From the NCBI GenBank assembly GCA_964016885.1, contig OZ024744.1, forward strand, positions 55,552,001 to 55,616,000: DNA of 64,000 nt, read 5' to 3'. A program made the position numbers and the translations under genes. This stretch comes from Eledone cirrhosa (Eukaryota). The notes under the pieces were generated by a model. That model had not been told where the DNA came from, made no database searches, and worked only from the letters and a program-made list of their open reading frames with translations. Shown in pieces: positions 56,465 to 64,000 of this stretch (positions within the stretch are counted from its first letter, which is position 1; every line of letters starts with the position of its first letter).

Positions 56465-57055
56465 GGTCACGTAATGCGCGTGAAGGACGATAGCTGTATA
56501 ACAAAGTGCAGGGCAATAAAGATAGACGGTAGCCACGGAATAGGCAGACCCAGAAAAACCTGGGATGAGCTGATAAACTCCGACCTCACACACTTACACC
56601 TCACCAAGACAATGTCACTGGACCGAGACCTTTGGCGGTACTCAGTAATAGAGAAGACCCGCCTTACCTAAATACATAGTAAAACCTACTACAGCCAGTA
56701 GGCATCTCTAACAAAATACACCCGCGTCCCACCACCCACACCCCATCCACACCACCCCTTCCTATGTAAAGTTATGTTGGTGCCCCAACATCCAGGCCGA
56801 AACAAATGAGATCGTGTAGGTGTCACGACAAAAAAACACAGTCCACGCTGTAATGTGGCCGTGTAGGCAACACGGTAAAAACCTCCCAGTCCCACACTGT
56901 AAATGTGGTTGGTGTTAGGAAGGGCATCCAACTGTAGAAAACCTGCCAGACAGTCCTATGCGAGCAAGACAATCACTCTTGCCTCAAGTGGGACTACCCC
57001 CGTCCAAACCCATGCAAGCGTGGAACACGGACGTTAAACGTTGATGATGATGATG

Positions 57056-57056
<1 letters not shown>
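56465..57056 (+). mobile_element. RTE family B 3' fragment
   Basis: Nearly identical to 33645-34245. Confidence 0.93.
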
Positions 57057-57725
<669 letters not shown>

Positions 57726-57726
57726 A

Positions 57727-58057
57727 TCATTTCATTTTACGTCCACTTTTCCCTGCTTGCAAGGGTGGGACGGGAACTGATTCTGGCTTGATTTCTACAG
57801 CTGGATGCCCTTCCTAACACCAACCTCATTTACAGTGAGTGCTGGGTGCTTTTTTGCCGTGGCACCTCCACGACCACTGTACAGTGGAATGATAGGGACC
57901 CTAGTCCCTATCATCTCATTTCTACAGCTGAGTAAACTGGAGCAATGTGAAATAAAGTGTCTTGCTCAAGGAAACAACACATCACCCGATCTGAGAATTG
58001 AACTCACAACCTTTCGATTGCAAGGCTAATGCTCTAACGACTAACCTATGTGCCTCC
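57727..58057 (-). mobile_element. Young SINE copy 4, full length
   Basis: Reverse complement of the 25129/49718 SINE. Confidence 0.9.
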
Positions 58058-58242
58058 ATGTGTTTCCTATGTTTATATATATATACAGACAGTCCTATGC
58101 ATGCAAGACAACTACTCTTGCCTCAAGTGGGAAAACTCCCATCCAACCCCATGCGAGCGTGGAATATGGACGTTAAACGATGACGATGATGATGATGATG
58201 ATGATGATGGTGATATTTATATATATATATATATATATATAT

Positions 58243-58381
58243 GTAGGTAACAGAGCTTAATAGTTATGTAATAAATATTAGTTAATAGTTATGTAATAAC
58301 TATAAATAATAAGCTGTTACCTACATAGAGCACTCTTTTCTCCTGGACTTTTCCGACGGAATCACTTCATTTATATATATT

Positions 58382-58412
<31 letters not shown>

Positions 58413-59070
58413 TTATATATATTTATATATATATATTTATATAGTTATGAAATAAACAACATAAGGCAATTATTCCATTTACCAGTGGTTTCTTAAAAGC
58501 AAACAATTTTGCTTTCAATCCCCAGAATGAAAAAAATTCTGGTCTGTTTATTGAATTTGGATTTTAAAAACAAAAATGCAATCTATATGAAAGTGTGGCT
58601 GGAGAAAGAAGGAAAGGAAAAATAAAACAAACACACACACACACACACGCGCACGCACATACGCACATAAATATCAACACATATATATATAGAAATATAA
58701 ATATATATATACCTATATATATATATATATATATACATGCATACACATACATAGCCAAACACACATACATATACATACATACATGCACACAATCATACCT
58801 ATATACACACGTACATACATACACATACCAAAATGCGTACATATGCATGTACAAAATTAAAAAAATATACACACCTCTACATATTCACACACGCAAATAA
58901 ATATAAGAAAAAATATATATTAAAAATAAAGACTATTATACAGTTGACAGCGATACAAGCGACGAGTAGATGAACAGACACGCGTGGTAAGCAATGCACG
59001 TACACATACGTACAAAAAGGTAAATACATACACACACACTCACACATAAATATACAAATACATAAACGCA
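58243..59070 (-). mobile_element. Inverted copy of the HH-2 repeat (52475-53265), with a rearranged tail
   Basis: Reverse-complement similarity; hammerhead at 58473-58532 with mutated core CTGGGGA. Confidence 0.85.
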
Positions 59071-59408
59071 TAGGACTGTCTGGCGGGTTTTCTACAGTTG
59101 GATACTCTTCCTAACACCTATTTATATATATATTTATATATATATATTTATATATATATATTTATATATATATATTTATATATATATTTATATATATATA
59201 TTTATATATATATTTATTTATATATTTATTTATATATTTATATATATATTTATATATATATTTATATATTTATTTATACATATATTTATTTATATATATA
59301 TTTATATATATATATATATTTTATATATATATTTATTTATATATATATATATATTTTATATATATATTTATTTATATATATATATTTATTTATATATATA
59401 TATTTATT

Positions 59409-59459
<51 letters not shown>

Positions 59460-59638
59460 ATATATTTATTTATATATATATTTATATATATAGTATTATC
59501 CGTAGTGTTGTAATATGAATATTATACACAGTAGATGGACAGCTCACGTAGGGTTTGCTCGACGTTTCCAGTTGTAGTTTCAAAAGTAATCCAGAGAAAA
59601 TAGAAGGATTTAAATGGATACAGTTCAGTAAAAGGAAT

Positions 59639-59759
59639 TTATTGACACGTGTTTCAATAACAGTTATATAACCTGAAAACAGCTGCTATCTACAAAGTAT
59701 TAATTATGCAGACACTCACTATTTCAATGTTATTTTCAACTACCATTTCATCAGAATAA
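59639..59759 (-). ncRNA. Type I hammerhead motif (HH-4) with a 92-nt stem II region
   Basis: ttatt-CTGATGA-aatggtagtt...aactgttatt-GAAA-cacgtg-TC-aataa; palindromic ACACGTGT stem III. Confidence 0.72.
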
Positions 59760-59981
59760 TATCATTGAGAACTTGTTTGGTTTTTATAGAGAATATTAAG
59801 AGGGAGGAGTGAAGTTGTTAGAAGAATAGTTAAGGGAGTGGATATGTACATATATACATGTACATATATATATATATATACATATATATATGTACATACA
59901 TACGTATTCATGTATATACACTTTCATACTCTACTTATCTTCATATACACACATATATACATACATACTCCTGTCCATGTG

Positions 59982-60013
<32 letters not shown>

Positions 60014-62054
60014 CACATACCTATTTTTCTTAAATAAGTATCAGTCGCACTCACTCAATTGTTAAATTCCCTAACTATATTTCTGTTTACTCTCAAAAGA
60101 AATAAATGCTCTGTTGAATTTAAAGTAGACAAAGGAAAGCTGATTGTCAGTTCACACTAAGGAAACCGTTCCCATTGACTTTTCCTTTTTTCAGTCTACC
60201 TGTCAGTTGCAACTCCTGACAAAAAGAGGCAGGATTTAAGCTCATGAGGCAATATTGATCCAATTTACCACCTTAAAATAGAATCCATTATATCATTATT
60301 GTCATCATCACATTGACTTTTCCATGCTGGTTTGGTTTAGATGGGACTTTTTGTCGCAGTGTTTTATAGCCAGATGTCCTTCCTGACCCCCATCCCTTTT
60401 AGTCACGACATGCAGGGATATGGTGTACCTATTTTAAACAGGATATACAGCGCGTGCGCATGTGTGTGAACTATTGCACTTATCTAGCTCTACCTTCTCA
60501 GTACTTATGTCATTTAAGAGCAAATAAAAGCACCATTACGTGGAGTGAGTCATTGGAAATCATTATTTGCAGGAAGGTTTTTCATTGTGGGATCCATTAG
60601 CAACATATTGTTTCATGCACTTGAAATACAACTTGTCCATCTTACTCATTATATAGCTTCAGTATTAGCTAATATTTATATTAATACTTAGATCTTATCT
60701 TATACACCAACCAAGAGTTGAATTGTGTAGACTACTGTATGAAGACAAATGCTCACCCAATCTCTCTTTCTATACCATTTTGATTAGAGGAATTGGAAAC
60801 TAATATAATGTCCCTTTTTTTTCTCTTGTAACCTGAGAATCTGCTAAAACAACATGGTCATCGACATCAAACTGGTTACTTATTTCGATTTGACTACACC
60901 CATACTTTATACACACACCTACACACACCATGCTCATCGTTTTGTCTGTTTTTCATGCCGGCATGGGTTGGACGTGGCATTGTAGTCTGAGATTAGATAG
61001 GTTGGGGAGGCATATCTTGTCCCTGTATATGTGTGTATGAAATGTATTTGTGTCATCATTCACCACATTTTCTTTGCTAGCAAGGGTTGAATTCTGTGTG
61101 TTTGTAAATATGTATGCATACCCTTGCAAACATATAGTCCTGAGTGCAAGACAAGGAGAGAATGTATGAGTTGACTTATTCTATTTGCATCATTGTAATA
61201 GTTATCATGTAGATATGTCTAACATTATGAACTGCACTAGCAACTGTTATGACTAAATCTATTGATTATTTCCCCCTTTCCCATAGTAGCCTTGCTTGCA
61301 GATAGAAACAACAGGCTAGACAGTTTGAATGGAGTTGTTTTGTCTTTAAAAATAAAAAAAAGTATTTTTCGTACTTTCATATGTATGTGTGTGTGTGTGT
61401 GTGTTTGTGTGAATAATAATGATTTCTAACTTTAGCATAACACTACATACTTAACAGGGAGTGAGAATATGTCAGTTATTTCAGCTGCAGTATATGACTG
61501 GTACTAATTTTATTGGATATACAGTGTAAAATTAACAATTGATGAATTGATATCATTAATAGTTATCAACATATAAGAACAGTACAAACTAAATATTTAA
61601 AAAAATCTTTAAAATATGTAAGTTGATAGTGAATTTTTTTTTTTTTTTTTTTTTTTTTTAATTAACCATTTAAAATTCTAAATTTCTTTATAGTATAAGA
61701 ATGGCTAAAAATGTGTCTTTACTTATATATTACACATATAAATATTTGTATAAATGTAAAGGCATGTGGCAGAGTAGTTAAACTATTGGAATTTCGATCA
61801 TAAGGTTGTAGGTTCAATTCCTGGACCAGGCAGTGCATTGTGTTTTTTCATGATAGGCTTGGGGTTCCCTAACATTTTAATACTCAAGAAACCTATGAGA
61901 TGTAGCTTCATATGAGGCCAGTTTAACTGGCATGGATGTAATCTGTAAATTTAATTTTTAATTTTATTACACACACAAATCAGGATGGATTCAGTTTGAA
62001 ATTGCTTAGACCATTACTCAACAGTACTTGATACTTGTAGTAGTAGAGTATGGT

Positions 62055-62122
62055 TATATTATAAAGAGTTGAGACCCCGATGACTGAGCTCAGCCATTGC
62101 AATCTCAACTCTTTATAATATA
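62055..62122. repeat. 68-bp hairpin / miniature inverted-repeat element
   Basis: Perfect 20-bp inverted repeats tatattataaagagttgaga / tctcaactctttataatata. Confidence 0.8.
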
Positions 62123-63004
62123 CATTTACACGCGCACACATACACTAAAGGAGTGGTTTTATGCATAAGTGTACATAAAACGTTCAGACATTAACTAAAT
62201 GAGTAGTAGTTCTCAATGTATGTGAGCAGAGTATAGGTTTTATTTTTCAAACAAAGCAGTGGCAGTGGCAGTGACTTCAGACTTTCTGAAGAGACAGCAA
62301 CACCAAAACTTCAAAGTCACTACCACCTTTTCCTTTCTGAAAATAAAAATATATATTTACTAAGGTGAACTAAATTCTATTTCTGCTTATGCCAGATGGA
62401 GGGGGAGGGGGGCAAGGAGCAAAGTTGTGATAATCCAGAACATTATTTATTATTTCTATTCAAGTAGGTTGCTAGGATAATCCTTTTAAATCCTGTTACA
62501 GCTTACCTAAAACTCTTAATTAAATCTATTTTTAATGCTTTTTCATTCTGGCTTACACTCCCCCTTCTGCTTTTAATGAATTTGTCTTTACCTATTATTG
62601 CGTTGTTGGTCAGCCTCACTTACTACTATCATTCTTAAACTTGTCCCATGTCCTATGTAGCTGATTTTAATAAATTTAGAGTGGAGAGTGACTTGTTTCT
62701 TGGTTTAAAATCAGAAAAAAAAATTATTTGAGAAGTGACATGCTATGGATTATTTATATTCCACTCATTGTTTTTCTTTTTGTATATTGTGTGCGTATAT
62801 GCATGTATGTGTGTGTGTGCGTGTTTACGCATGTGTATTGTAGAATGACCAGAAGGAATTTAAACTAGAATTAATTTTATTGATTCTGATTGAATGTTTT
62901 TTGTTGTATTTTTTTTTTTTTTCTCGAATGGGACAGATTACATTTATCAAAGTTTGACAATCCTGACATTGTTTATAAACGTTTTATTTTTCTGCTTTTA
63001 TCAG

Positions 63005-63016
63005 ATATTTATTAAG
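63005..63016 (+). other. Candidate 12-nt microexon (ATATTTATTAAG)
   Basis: cctgac branch-like site, pyrimidine tract containing TGC, cag acceptor, AAG|GTAAGC donor. Confidence 0.45.
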
Positions 63017-64000
63017 GTAAGCATCTTTCTGTAGAATAGGTTCTTTGCTACTAATTCTTTTCATTAATCTTTAAATTTATTTTTGCATGGTACCTTTACC
63101 TTGCATCTCTTCGAAAAATCATTTTGTTATTGTATAAATCATTTACTTTAATTTTTTTAAATTTTGTTTTCCCCCAAAGTCATGCTTGTACGGATATTTT
63201 ATAATTTTTGATAAAAAGATAACTCTTCATATTGAAAACTCATCAGATTTATTCTTTTTTATCATTAAAATATTTTTAAATTCTGGATTTTAATTTAACA
63301 AAACCTTGATTGATTGATGCTAATTTTGTGTTCAAATACATTTTGGTGTGTTTGTGTTCATATTTCTGTATGAGAGTAACGGTTTTTGTTTTTTTCTTAC
63401 ATATGAATAATATATGATTAAAAGTTTTCTTTTTTCTCCTTCGTATTTTCTTTCTTACAGTTTATATTTTCAGATTTTCATTTTCTTTCATTTTTAGTGT
63501 ATTGGTTAAGATTTTTAGTTTTGTAGTGTTTTGTTGGGGCTTTTTTTACTTTAAATCTATATCATGTCTGCATGTTTCTGAAGACTTACATTGCCAAATT
63601 TAATTAATATTTTAACAATTTGTTTAGATATGAATAAAACATTCCTTCAATGAAATGTTTATTCCATTATCCCTTTCTTCCTCTTTTTTATTCTTTTCTC
63701 TTTATTTTCCTTCCTAATCAGAATATATATATATATATAATCTTATGAATTAGTAATGTGCTGAGTGATTTGAAAATGTAAGAATCTCGGATGCAGAAAA
63801 TAACTAATAACAGTTGACCTTTATAAATATTTGCTTAGAAAATTGGGTAAAATACCCCTAAAAATGGACAAAGTGTCTTGCAGCCACTACAGAGAATCAA
63901 ACTTCATCTCTCAAACAACCAATGCACTTGTACACAATTTTCTAAACTATTTTTGTAATAGCAATCGACTGTTATAGTTCTTTTCTGCATTTAGGATTAC

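Noticed and set aside
60180-60250. Strong splice acceptor followed by a short open frame (YLSVATPDKKRQDLSS*)
   Set aside because: No good donor and no recognisable homology; cannot be supported without RNA data

Overview
AT-rich eukaryotic, non-genic-looking window. The repeat content (tRNA-head SINEs, RTE and CR1-group LINEs, giant (TA)n arrays) is most consistent with a cephalopod/octopus genome, which is an inference. No host protein-coding gene is recognisable and all long 'YIYI' ORFs are microsatellite artefacts. From about 19.3 to 60 kb the window is a patchwork of compound (TA)n microsatellite filled with nested insertions: four RTE families, CR1-group LINEs, three Penelope-like element (PLE) fragments, SINEs and a maT/Tc1-mariner element. 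The most notable signal is about 11 type I hammerhead-ribozyme motifs from four unrelated families, plus truncated or degenerate ones. Most sit in non-coding fold-back cassettes with a Penelope-like asymmetric inverted structure. One family is a highly structured 466-bp tandem unit resembling a retrozyme (circular-RNA-forming, PLE-mobilised element). A candidate 12-nt microexon lies at 63005-63016. All motif parsing was done by eye, and element boundaries are approximate unless stated.
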